A program made the position numbers and the translations under genes. A stretch of DNA of 64,000 bases from contig OX597815.1 of NCBI GenBank assembly GCA_951406725.2, positions 116,436,001 to 116,500,000 on the forward strand. Reading direction: 5' to 3'. Positions 1-13,283 of this stretch are shown here, piece after piece (the first letter of the stretch is position 1; each line of letters starts with the position of its first letter). Under the pieces are notes generated by a model. It saw only the letters and a list, made by a program, of their open reading frames with translations. It was not told the origin of the DNA and made no database searches. This stretch comes from Octopus vulgaris (lineage: Eukaryota).

Positions 1-2842
1 TCCTGGCCAGCTCTTGTGAAACCGTTCACCCATGCTAACATGGAAAGCAGACATTCAACGATGATGATGATGCATTATTTATTTTATTGGCTGATCTGGT
101 TTATATTGCTTCTATTACATCATCCATCATATTTATTTATTATTTATTTTTATGGATTGGATTGTTTCAAATGTATGAAATAAAGTAACTACTCAATACA
201 TACCATAGCACTGGGATATTATTTACTTACTGGAAGGAGACATTTCACTCTGATGTGTTTTTCTGGATGTCCCTTCATTTGCCATTTTCAAATCAGCCAG
301 AAAGAAAATCATTTCTACAAATGTTTTCCCAGTATAGTATAGCAAGCAAGCTTGCTAATGTTTAATCAATTGACTTCTACCTGCAAGGCAGGAACTAGCT
401 TCTAACAAAGATACAAAACTCCATGATTAGAATATTGATAACCAAACAATAAGACATGTTGAACTTAAGAAGAGTGTTGCATGTTTTTTCTGTTCTGCTT
501 ACAGAGTATATTTATAATGTGCATATGAGTTGGTTGATTTCTTTTTTGATATTTTTATTGCTAACTCCTCTAGTACTACTGGTACTCTTACTGTTAACTA
601 CTTCAATAAAGTTGGTACTTTACTGCTAAATACTCCCATGCAGCTGGCACTCTCACTGCTAACTATATCTACTTAACTGGTTTCTTTACTACTAACTACT
701 CCCATTTAGCTGGAAAAGATTTTTCATACTGCTTACTCTTGAACATCCAGTGTAAAGCAAACCATAGGTGAAGCAGGGCTCTTCAAGGTGTAAACTGTCA
801 ACTGAAAATGTGCTCATGTGATTTGTTGATGGTCATGGTAAAACTAAGACTCACTAGAAATTAAAGTTGTTTAAATTGAAATGGGACACCATCTCCTGAG
901 TCTGTGTGATGGAGTCTCTTAATCAATACATCCTATGATTGGTTGTCTCCTGGAACTGTGTATTAAAGGCTCATGTTCACATATCAAGTCTATTCCTTCT
1001 CTGTTTGAGTGTCTCCTGAGCTTGCTGCTGACACTGTGTGAGGGTCTTTAGACACTATCACTCTAATGAAATTCTGTACTCACGCACACACACACACACA
1101 TACACATTCAGTGTAAGAGATATACATATGCAGAGGAAGAGTGAGAAAGAGTGTGGTAAATATACAGAGAGAGGAGTAAAGTTTACAATGAGAATAGCAT
1201 AAAAGACAGAGATAGATAGACAGTTGTATGACTGACTTGCATTACCATGTTATATTGAGAGAGAGAGAGAAAGAGAGAAAGTGGGGAGCAGCATGTATGA
1301 GAAATATACATAAACAGTGAGAGTAAGAGAGTGTGGTGAATATGCATAGAGAGGGGGAAAATATAAAAGGACAGATAGACAGATAGCTAAATTATACTTT
1401 GTGATTACAAACTCATAAAACCCTTCTAAAGAGGATGCAGATTTCAAAAATCTGTTTTTCTCTAGGATGCACCGTTTTGAAGCCTTTTGGTGACAGACAC
1501 ATATACATACAAAACACAGTGAGTAGCTTGTTCCCCAGTTCAAACATGCATCAAACATATTTGGACTGATTATAACATCGCAATTTCAGGTATTATTGCT
1601 TAGTGCTACCCCTCCATAATTTACTCATGGTGAGCCACCATATAGCATTGCCAGTCATTGTACAATGACTGGAAAATCATAAGAGAGGTAATCTCTTAAT
1701 TCAGCTCGTAGTGCCCTGCTTAGTGTCTGTGACCGATGAAGAGACAACTACTCCGAAATGTTAACATCTCACAGTCTAGGTAGATAGCACTGCAAGCTGA
1801 TCTAGGTGTATACACACCATTTGTCAACATGTGAGATATATTTCCCACACAGTGAATAGCTTGTTCCCCAGTTTGGATGTGCATCAAACATATTTGGAGT
1901 GATAATAACATTGCAATTTCATTTATCACTGCTTATATCACTGAAATATTTTACTACTCTTGTTAAATTTACCTTTCCCGCTCTCAACAAACAACTCATT
2001 AAAATTAATGATCTTCTTTTCTCATAAGAAATTCTTTGAGCAACAGTAATGAGATAGATTGTTTTTCTCTCTCTCTTTCTTGCTTTCTTTCTCTTTCTCT
2101 CTAGAAGAAATTGCTTACAGACAAATCTGGAAGGGGATTGGCTCCATCAAGCTTAAAATGCTGTAGACATGCCATATGTCACAAAGTACCCCAACAACTC
2201 CTTCAGGTGTTGAGAGCTGGGTCTTTGTCTTTAGGCATTTTGAGTTAAGGCTATTCTACCAGTTTTGAGAGTTGTTTCAGCCACTCTTAGTCTTATTCTT
2301 CAATAAAAAATAGATTATTAAGTGTTTCCAAACATATTCATTTCTCAACTTCTGAAATATTACCTCAAAGGCAATGGTAAAGAGAAGTGCCTTAAGTCTC
2401 AGTCTTGATGTTCAATGGCCAATTTATACTTCAAACTTAACATCTTATTTTCTGGCTGATATTCTATTTTATTTCTTTTATTCCAGTTACTTTCTGAACC
2501 CTATTTTAAAATTTAATCCCTAATTTTTACCCATAACTTACTGACCACTAATCTATACCTGTGTACGTGGGTGTGTCAAAAGACCATTCCTGTCTTGGCA
2601 AATGTATGTCCACAATTGATTTATCTTTTAATCTCTGCTTGAATGGTTGGTAACCATCAAAATTTTATGTTAAATTATATTCTAAATACTAGCTTTAATA
2701 AGGACAAATTTATTTCACTAAATTCATCATTATTTTCCAAACTGATTGAAGCAAAGCTGGTGAATTTCAACATAATAATGAAAGGATTGAAACAATATGA
2801 TTGACTTACCAGAAACAGCACTATTATATAAAATATACATTC

Positions 2843-3285
2843 ATTCATCATCATCGTCTAACGTCCGTTTTCCATGCTAGCATGGGTTGGACAGTTCGAC
2901 TGGGATCTTGGAAGCCAGGAGGCTGCACCAGGCTCCAGTCTGATCTGGCAGTGTTTCTACAGCTGGATCCCCTTCCTAATGCCAACCACTCCATGAGTGT
3001 AGTGTGTGCTTTTTACGTGCCACCGGCACAGGTGCCAGGGGAGGCTGCCAATGGCCACGATCAGTGGGTGCTTTTTATGTGCCACTGGCATAGAAGCCAG
3101 TTAAGGTGGCGCTGGCATTGACCATGTACGGATAGTGCTTTTTATGTGCCAGGGGAGGCTGGCAATGGCCACGATCAGTTGGTGTTTTTTATGTGCCACC
3201 AGCACGGAAGCCAGTCAAGGCGGCGCTGGCATCGGCCACGTACAGATGGTGCTTTTTATGTGCCACTGGCACAGGTATCACAACT
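2843..3285 (-). mobile_element. (GAT)n-tailed interspersed repeat (RTE-associated 3' end) with internal tandem subrepeats; other copies at 1-72, 33720-33800, 35715-35855, 36120-36250, 38725-38880, 39220-39320, 46160-46262, 48018-48450, 58517-58860
   Basis: Shared TGGTTGGCATTAGGAAGGGCATCCAGCTGTAGAAA...CCAACCCATGCTAGCATGGAAAACGGACGTTAAACGATGATG; GTGCTTTTTATGTGCCAC subunit repeated 5 times here. Confidence 0.8.
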
Positions 3286-4704
3286 ACAATTTCCATTTGA
3301 TTTTTTGATTTCCAAAATAGATGTAATACATTGGGAAAGAGAGTACAAGTGATCCTACAAACTCCAGAATTAGACTGGTACTTATTTTTTTAACTTCAGG
3401 GCAAAAAGCAAATTTAACTTGCTTTCTGAGACTATCATGGTGACATCCTCTATAGTATCTGACAGTCCATCCATACTTTTCATCACAACTTTTCTCATAC
3501 AGAATAGAGAGCATTCTTGATAGACAGAGTGCCCAATGTACAGTTGTAGCCACAAGTTTGGAACATTTAAAAAAAAATCATAATTGTTATGACCAAGTAC
3601 AATTTGATTCAAATTTAACTTTGGGCATTTAATATAAAAATTCTAATCTTCAGACCTATGTTCCAAACTTCTGACCAAGTAATATATTGCAAATTAAATA
3701 TAACTTTGGCTATTTAATATAAAAATTTCAATTTTCAGGCCTATGTTCCAAACTTTTGGCTACGACTGTAATGATGACCTGATAGGTAACCTTTTCCTTT
3801 GACCACTGAGCAGAGGCAACTCTTAAATTTGATCCCTATTCTTCAGCCTAATTTCACTGACTGCTAATCTATGCTTGCATGCATGTGTGTAGGATGTATG
3901 TATGTGTCTGTATCAGGGGAACATTTCTCTCTATTCAAATATCTGTTTACAATTAATTTGTCTTATCTCTGTTGAGTGGTTGGTTACCAGCTGGCTGCCT
4001 GGTATTCTAAAATAAATAATAAACATATCATGATAATTTGCATTACAAAACATTTATTTCCTGTTATGTTTTTGTGTGATAGTTATAGCTTCTATGCGCC
4101 ATATTAATTTCATTTTAATATTCAATGTTAACATTAACGCCTCTTTCTAATATGATACCACTGTTCTCTTTCCAATGTAGTCTGCTTAAAAACTATGTGG
4201 AAATGAATATTTTTGTGCATCTATGAATTCTACTTTAGGATCACTGTTCAACAAAGGAGGAGTTTTGTGGTTGTTTGACCAACTAGAAATAGCAACTAAG
4301 TCTTAATAAAAGAGAGAGAGAGAGAGAATAGGATAATATATTGAATAATGTAGTCTTTTTTCTTTCACTTGCTAGGGTCTGGAGAAAGTGGCAACACCCA
4401 TAGCCTTTGTATGAACTTCCTAGATTGGTGAGAGTGATGCTGGCAATATTTCTCTTAAAAGTATTATAAATCAAGACCTACAAGAAAGATATAAGCAAGG
4501 AGGGAATTCCAGAAGGCTGATGTTCTGGAAAGGAAGGACAAAACATAGCAATTAGACAATGGAAATAAGAGGAAGAGACACAAGTGGTTTGGGAATTCCT
4601 AAGCAAAGGTGGGATGAGCCCAGCCAACTCTGAGGAGTAGATAATATTACTGTAGTAGAACATCTAACCATCGATGCACATTTGTGCATGAGCTTTTATC
4701 TGTT

Positions 4705-5693
4705 ATTTGTTTCAGTTATTGAAGTGTGGCCATGCTTTGGGTGGCTTAGTCAAACAAATTGTCTCAGTACTTATGTTTTTTAAAGTCTTGTACTTAGTCT
4801 GTTGTCTTTTTTGCTGAACCTCTTAGTTACAGAAGCATAGCCCAATCAATACTGGTTGTCAAGCAACGGTGGTGTGACAAATAGAAACACACACACACAC
4901 ATAACAGTTTCTCTCTACCAAATGCACTCTCAAGGCATTGCCCAGCCTGGGATTATAGTAGACAACATATCCAAGATGCTGTGCAGTGAAATTGAACCTG
5001 AAACGACGTGGTTACAAAACAACCTTCTTAACCTCACAGCCACATCTGCACTTTTAACTATGACAGATTCTATTATTTTTTTCATTTAATTCATCACTTT
5101 GTAATTTATGTCCCCATGTTGTGTTGTCGCTGTCTGTCTTCCCCTCTGTGTTTGGGCTTTTCTGCCTAATAAAGAAATCAAGTATGACAGATTCCTATAA
5201 AATATCCTATAAATTTCACTGACATTGTATCCTTAAACTTGAAGCTAAAGACTTACCAGCGTTGCCACGCTTGGTTGTGTACCCTGAACCACATGGTTGT
5301 AAAGCAAGTTTTTTAACCACAAACAGCCGTGCATAGTCCTATTCAGAGGGTTTATTTATTCTTTTATTTTTTACTTGTTTCAGTCATCAGATTGTGGCCT
5401 TGCTGGGGCACCTCCTTGATGGGTTTAGTCGAACAAATTAAATCCAGTACTTTGTTTTTTACAAAGCCTACTATTCATTTTATCGTTTTCTTTTTGCTGA
5501 ACCGTTAGTTATGGGAACGTAAACAAAACAACACTGGTTGTCAAGCGGTGGTAGGACCCCCTCCCCCTCCACATAACGTTTCAGTTTCTGTCTACAAAAC
5601 CTACTCGCAGGGCTTTGATCGAGAACAACGCAGTAGGACTGAACTCTGAACCATGTGGCTGGGAAGCAACTTTCTAACCACACAGCCATGCCT
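4705..5693 (-). mobile_element. Cluster of three diverged family A SINE copies (about 4705-5052, 5180-5335, 5365-5693)
   Basis: Reverse-complement tail TTGTTTCAGTCAT..GTGGCC and head AACCACACAGCCATGCC. Confidence 0.8.
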
Positions 5694-7102
5694 TTGTGAT
5701 CATAGTGAAAATGGGTTTAGCAAGGCAATAATTTCTAAAATAATAGTGGCGGGAGAGGTGCCCTAACAGCTGGTGTAATTCCCTGTGTCTTTCCTTTTTC
5801 CCTAGTTAATGAGTAATACCCTAGCAATAACAAGATATTTATAGACCTGTAAAAAATATGTATGTATGGTACACATATGGAAAATATAGAAAACATTAAA
5901 ATGCTGTAAACACGCAGAATAAAATAGTACACGTGGAAAATTCCGACAAGGTACTAATAAAATAAAATGTTACATATAATATGTGGAGTCATGTAAAAAC
6001 AGTAGTAAACTTTTGTTACATTGCTTTCGTTTTTGCACTCGTAACATTCGTGAAGATTACATAAATCGAGTTCATGCAGTTGGTAAAATATTTAATGCTG
6101 TTAAAATTGAGTTGATGTAGTTAAGAAGTTTACTTTATAATCACGTGGCTCCTGGTTCGATCTCACTGCGCGCAAATCAGCTATAGCTTCTATTGTGAAT
6201 GAAATTCGGTTGACGGAATCTGTGCAGAAGCCCTTCGGATGGACTGTAACTATTCTTGGGCAGTAGTCCTAAGCTGCCGCCCAGTTTAACACCACTGTCT
6301 GATCATGGGATGTTTTTGACAGAGTAAAATCAGTTATCAGCATTTAAACCAGATGTTTGGCCTGGAAATAACCCCTTCAATTCTCCTGCCGGTCTCGGAG
6401 GCACTAATTAAACCATTGAAAATGGGGCCATATATTTGTTCTACTGTTATTTTGTTTGTTTTAAAATTAATTTATTCACATTAAAAAAAAAAATTTTATT
6501 TGAAAATTTCAAAGTTCGTTGTTTAGTGAAATAACGCCTATTAATTCAGTAAGCATTTAACAAATATTCTGAAGACAATGGACATCGCTTAAGTTATAAA
6601 GCCCTAGGTCGGTCTATATTAAGTAACCATATGACTAAAGGTATTCTAGCAATGACCAACTCGCCTTGATTCCATGCATAGTGTGGCTAGCATTACATTA
6701 CCCAAATAATAAATTACCTTTTCCTTTTATTCTATTCGAGGTATATTTTGCTACTATTACTAGCACTATGAACGGTCACGTGTTGGCTCTTTCTCGTTGG
6801 TTCGACAACACTCAAGTTTTCTAGCCATGTGTAAGCGCGAAAACATACTAAGGATGCCCAGTTAAAGAAAAAAAACCCTCAAAACTCGATAATATAAAAA
6901 CAGAACAAGAAAAAAAAAAAACGATATTTCGATTATTTATTTACATTAAATGTTAGATAACAATAATAAAGATGGAAAGATAGTTAAATAGTAATTATTG
7001 CCAGCGAATGTAGTAGCGAAAGCCAAATACATGACATAAATGAATCGATTAATAAACTAAGGAGATAGTAGGGGGGGAAGGCATGATATGATAATGAGCT
7101 GG

Positions 7103-7110
7103 TGACGTCA
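7103..7110. promoter_or_regulatory. Perfect cAMP-response element TGACGTCA in the putative proximal promoter
   Basis: Palindromic CRE in a local GC/CpG-rich patch about 270 bp upstream of ATG 7376; TATATA at 7142. Confidence 0.6.
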
Positions 7111-7375
7111 GTCGGACAATATCGCGGGTTAGCAGCCAGCGTATATACGTTCATATGTTAGTTGCTGAGGTTTCTTCCTCTCCTCTGCGCATACATACAT
7201 ATATATACACACACACATATATGTGTGTATGTGTATATATATATAGCTGACTACCATAGTGAACGCCAGATACAACAAATTCTGTTATTCTAATTCATTT
7301 ATGGTCACTACTTCTCACTTCTGAGCTATCAGGCCTCTAATTTGAAGTTATTTTTGGCGCAGTGTTGTATTTGCA

Positions 7376-7406
7376 ATGGACCAAACTTCGTCGACCTCTC
7401 GCACAG
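7376..7406 (+). CDS. IVNS1ABP: Probable first coding exon of the IVNS1ABP homolog (MDQTSSTSRT+G); 5'UTR extends upstream to roughly 7150-7170
   Basis: ATG 7376, 10 codons + G, donor CAG|GTGTGT at 7407. Phase 1 joins in frame to the acceptor at 19755 (G|GC TCC CTT GAC ATC ATG). Lies just downstream of a CRE in the CpG-rich region. Confidence 0.6.
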
Positions 7407-10400
7407 GTGTGTCCAATATTAATTTGTTTTCTTTCTTTGCATTGTGTATTTTTCATTGATTCTTTATCTTCAGCTATTTTGCTTTATTTTACTACACGCT
7501 AATTTCATTAATTACCAAATAGTTACTCGTACTCGTCCAAACCTTTTATTCATTTTAATTACATTTTTTTTTTGCGTTAATATTATCAGTATGTTGCGCT
7601 TGATGACTTCAACAGTTAATTACCATGACACAAAACAGTAAGCAAGCACTGTACCTTATGTAAGTTACATACCATTCATCTTTTGTCCTACGCAAAGCGT
7701 GCACTGAATCGTAGTATTATTTTACTTAGGCCAACTTTTTTCTGGCATAACATGGATATTCATTTTTTTCTAGAAACTGTTGTTTCAACATCCGTACGAT
7801 TCAAAGACAAAGCAGCATGGCGTGAAAGATTTCCTATATCTCTACAAAAATAGGCCCTTTAATGTAATCCATCACTTGGAATCAGTAAATAAAAGAAAAA
7901 TGAGTAGTTATTTTTAGTATCTGTCGTTTTATGTTTATTAAAAGTATGAATGACAATCTTTCGAGATTCCATCGGATGATCCAATATCTCCAGCTGGTTG
8001 GTTATTAAATAATAAGGTGAAATTTAATTTTTGAAGCATTTGTCGTTCATCTGCTACGTTCCATTTAATATGTAAAATCCAATGTGGATGAGTTGTAATG
8101 ATTGATAATGCATAAAAATAAACAAAAGAATTTTGGAAAGAAAAAGGAAATATCTAAATGTATAGTAACATTTCATTGCATATTTAAAAAAAAAATTTCG
8201 ACGAACGTGATTAAAAATAATTCCATCATTGTAAAATTTAATCGGCCAGTAACACGTGTTAAAAAGAAAAAGACAATTAAATGGCTTTTTAGTTTGGTAG
8301 CCGTGGAAGAAAAAGATTTTTTTCGATGTTCTGCTACTGTCTTATTTTTTAAGGGACTTTCGGGGGTGGGGGTGCAACTGAGTTACGATATCAGTCTATT
8401 GTATGGAAGCCTCCCCTTTTTCTTTTTATTTTGCATGAAGGGACGTAATTGAACGCACCCAGCTAAATACACGTCTGTGTTATCTATCTATATATAAACA
8501 TATGCATCTCGAAGCACATCATATAAAGCTATAAATTATAGCATGTAAACATCGAGATGAAAATCCTTTTTGAATAAGTCGAAAGCTGTCCGTGAGACAC
8601 GAACCCACGATTCCTGTTGACATGACAGGGTACTTAGACTTCTTTTTTTAAAGGGCTTTTCAACCCAATATTTACAGTTGTATATGATGTGTTTCGAGAT
8701 CTATTCCGAAAAAAGCATCATTTCGTGTTCTTTCAAAAGTTTATATAAAGGCGTAAGGGAGAAATATGTAGATTTGTTTTGTGTGCTTTATCTCTGTTGG
8801 TAATATAAAACAAGTTATTTCAATAGTCTGCTCGAGAATGTTCATTATCGAATACACTCCATACTTACCTTGAAATACCGTTAGACAAGCACGCTTGATT
8901 AAAAAGAAAATCAAAGAATAAGACCCAACACGAGATGAGAGAATCTCAACTTGATCAATCGACTTGCTAGAAATAGCGGGCAAATCTCCCTTCACTAATC
9001 TTAACGCCATTAAAAAAAATGGTAAGATCTTTTAACGAGATGGGTATTTTTCATTCTTCATGGGTCTTCTTGTATCGGACCGTCGTGTTGGATTCTCGAC
9101 GCTTTATCGTAAATACTTGTATTGCATTTTTTTTTTCTTGACAAAACTAAATATAGAATATCATTTAAAATTATTTCCAGTCCTCTAAATTTTGAGAATT
9201 TAATTTGGTAATTACGAACCTTGACCACTGAAATTTTGGAGAAAATCGTACTGTTTTTTTTTCTATCAAATTATATTACACATGTTCCCAATGAAGTAAG
9301 TGAATCAGAGTAAAAATCTTGGAGATGGTCAACTTGGGAGACGATTGACAACACTAAATTGAACTTAGAATATTTGAAATACTGCACATGTAGACATACG
9401 AATTTGTTTATTTTATTTTATTTTGAAATATAGGTTAATAATGAAACTGCTAATTTTATCAAAAACTTGAGTAAACAAGTGGACAGCTATTTATCAGGCG
9501 TGTTTATTTTCGTTTTAGTCAAGAGTGCTTTTTATTAACGCGGCAGTCAGGAAGTTAGTCTCCCTCATTTAAAAAAAAATTCAATTCTTTTAGTGAAAGT
9601 AAATCGCATCTTCCAGAATATTTAATCTTTTTTAAAATAAAACAAAATAAGCTTTTTTTTTAAATTTACGGTTAAAATTGTGAATCGGTGAATAGTTCTA
9701 AATTTTAGGTAGAAGACGCATAATATCCAGTTCTGTAATGTAATAAATAAGAAAATATTACATTTCCTAAGGTTTAACAATGATTTCGCTGAGTAAATTT
9801 TAAAAGCGAGTTCACTGTAATACTCAAAGCTTTCCTTCACGGGGACTTTTTGGTACTACTTAAGAAGAGTGGACCCGATGCGCCCATCCGCGCTATAGGC
9901 CCAATGTCAGAATCGAGTAAACATTAACAGCATAATCTCAAAGCGACCAAACCATATAATTTGGCGAATTATTTGTTAGTAACAATATATTTGCAATGTG
10001 CTAACGTAATCAGTAAGCGAGTCCTTACATTTCTGTCGCTACCATTTTTCTTGGAATTGGACATTGCAATACTAAATATGTTTGGCCAACAACGACATTA
10101 CACTCGCTAATTTGGCTGTGGGTCTTTGATTTCTAAGAATCCATGATTGTATTTCTTCTTTCCAAGCAACAGTGATTCATCAATCTGAAATGAACACAAA
10201 CAACGATACATCTCGAGATGGATTCATTGGTCCAATCATATTGATCATCATAGTTTCTCTCATAAGTTTGAACCTATCAACTCGCTCTCGATGCCAGTGT
10301 TCGCCACTATTGTGTTATTGGATCGCGTTTGTTGATCCAGCACCACATGTGCTGCGCTTCCACTAGAGAGTGCTTAGATTGCCCCGTTGCTTGCTGATAA

Positions 10401-13283
10401 AAATAAAAGCAAAGCAAACTTGGTTTAGTTAGATGAGAGAACTTTATCTAGCAACTATAAGTTGTATTGAGCTCTCAGCTTGGCTGCAATTTGGAATGTT
10501 ATATTTCTAATTTTGAATCTTTATTTGAACGGAGTTCCAGGTGTAGTAATTACATAATTTTGTCTAATGCCAAACGTTCATATTATGGGTGATTGAAAGT
10601 TAAATAGAATCCTGCCATTTATGCTTTTAAAATAAATTTGTCTGTGGAATAGAACTGAAATTATGAGCTATCTCTGCCAAAAGTTTGATCGACCGAATAT
10701 CAAAAGCTGTTTTATTATTTTTTTTGTCTGGTCAAGAAATTTTTTTTTCAATTTAATTGGTTAAAAAAGGGCAATGTTTGAAATTGTTTTCATAATTTTT
10801 TTTTTAGGTAAAATATGAAAAATAAATTTTAGTCTTATGTGTTACGGTTATGTCACGAGCCAATAACGGAACCCCTACGTGGCCTTACTCTTTATTGTTA
10901 ATAACATTTGATAAAAGTTATCCTTTTTTTAAAAATATATTGCATAAAATTGCTTTCTTGTGATCTAAGAATCAAAAACTATATTTTTTTGTCCCAGTAT
11001 TCCAGCTGTGATCTCTTGAATGAAAAATAATCTAGAACTACATTTAGTGATTTTTTTTTAGTAGAGTTTGACCTGAGGTAAATGAGGATATAAATCAACA
11101 GGTTTTACTGATAAAGAAAGTCGCATGTTGAATAAATGCTTTCGTCACGGAAAAGAACGAAACCTATTTATTAACTAACATTCTTGTAATAATTTATATA
11201 AATTTAATTTTTGACATCATGGAGCCAGTGGGATTGTCTAGGCCTGAGCGACTTGCCATCTGTCCTTGGTATAAATTCTATCTCATGGGATGTCGCTGAT
11301 AGATTTTTTTCGCGCCATAAGCCCATCTAAAATACTGCGTTAGAGATAGACTGTTGCCGAATGATATTAAGATTCTGACATGTAATTTGGTGGTAACTAA
11401 TATTTTTCAACCTATGGCAATTTGATATGTTATGTTGGAGCTGGGCTGCTGACAACGAAGTTTATGTCATCGTTAGCGTCTCGTCTTACAGACGACATAT
11501 CAGGTGATGACGATACTCGCGAGAGTGCATCATGTAATGCCGCCTGTATTTTGGGTTGCCATATTTTTATAGGGATATAGCAGTATTCCTTGAAAAGTAT
11601 ATGTAATCGAGGATTTTTTTCTTTTGAATTGTTGTTCATTTACTGTTGTCCTTCAGAGCGAAACTGAATGTATTTTTTAATTAAGATTTCTATTCCTTAC
11701 GTAATAAAAAATGTGAAAGAAAAATTTAAATCATCGAAGCTGTTCTTAGGAAGTGGAAGAAAGAGTAAAAAAATTTTAAAGAATTATGATTAAGAGGAAT
11801 ACTTGAAAAAAAAAAATGAAAATGAAAAAAGATCCGTCTCATGAGTTAGTTACGTCATTTTGAGAGGCAGCTATTCCAAAATTGTGCTAAAAACACCTAC
11901 ATTTTCTGTTACATAAAATTTATCTACACGAAAAAAAAGAATAAAGTAATACTGAAGATTGTAATGTTTTAAGTTCAGTATGTCCCTTATGTTACACTAA
12001 TTAAAAAAAAAATCCTCCGCGACTAAACTTAATGATTATTTGAAAAAATTTAATTTTGAAAAGACAAAAAAAATCTAATTATGTTAACGTTTTGCTGGTC
12101 ATCATTTGGCTAAATTTTGGTAATGGCGTTGGGTGTTTAAAAATAAATCCGTCCTTGTAAGAATATCAGACGGCCATTAACCACGTGTTGATAAAAGCAA
12201 AACAAAAAACTGCCAATCAACTTGACAGCAACAATTACTTGTGAAAATATAGAATAATGTAAACTTTGTAAAATCTATTGCTTTAATTTCTAATTTGTGT
12301 TGCAGACCAACATTGCATTGCTATTAGGATTAGCATTAAATGTTTATATTTTATAAGCCATGGCAACCAGTCTGTAACCGCAACTCTTCATTTAAGAAGA
12401 ATACTTCTGTGAATATTCTCTTTTGTGTGCTTACAGAAAGGCACAGTAATCAAGCGAGTAGCTAGCTATGTTCAGATTTTTATCTCGCTATCCTATATAG
12501 TAGTATACATTTCAAGTTGAAAAAAATCTGTTAACGAAAACCCAATGTTAATTGTTTTCGTCACAAAATGGATTTTTTTTTCTATTCATTGAAAACAGAC
12601 GTGACAGTTGCTTCGTGGTAGTGGGGATTTTTTTTTTTATAATGAATGCATATTTTATGCAGAAAGTATTGCCGTCATATTCTAGTTTTGTATGCATTTT
12701 GAACAACAGAAAAATAACTTTCATATCGCCTAAATATGCTAGAAAGTTGGGTGATATGGGAACTTGAATTTTTATTAGTACCATAATAATAATAATAATA
12801 TTATCGACGCTTCAGTTCGTTCGATCTAGTGTTCAAATTTTCAATGATCAGTCGTCTTTAAAATGGATTACCACGTGGTTTCAAGTTATAAATCTAGACA
12901 GCATGCTCACGAGGAAGAGATGGCAACGAGCCAACGGAGAATCTATGCGGTCGCTTAACCAGCTCGATATAACAGTAAAATTAGTTGTATCTACCTTTAC
13001 GGTGAAAGAATAGATTGGACAATGCAGACTTCGCAATGCGAACAGATAGGATGGTCTCGGTTGGAATAATCTTTGATTATAAGCCTGCTCGATGAGGCTT
13101 AAATGATAGGTTTTCAGCTAGGATAATGTTTAATCATTTTCCAGTACGTTACGCATCCATGCAAGGGCTGTTCCTCAGCTCCCTTCATAGCATATGCCTG
13201 TCAAAGTACAGCCTTACCCACGCTTGGTATAATAATAGAAGTACTCTTACGAAAAAGAAGGGCTGATTTAATTGGTTTTGTAA

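Noticed and set aside
2990-3280. Regularly repeated GTGCTTTTTATGTGCCAC resembling a CRISPR array
   Set aside because: Eukaryotic context; the spacers are themselves related and the block is an internal tandem of a retroposon also seen at 48190-48400.
10172-10366. 64-aa ORF with a hydrophobic stretch in intron 1, preceded by an acceptor-like CAG
   Set aside because: No recognisable homology or good donor; cannot distinguish from chance.
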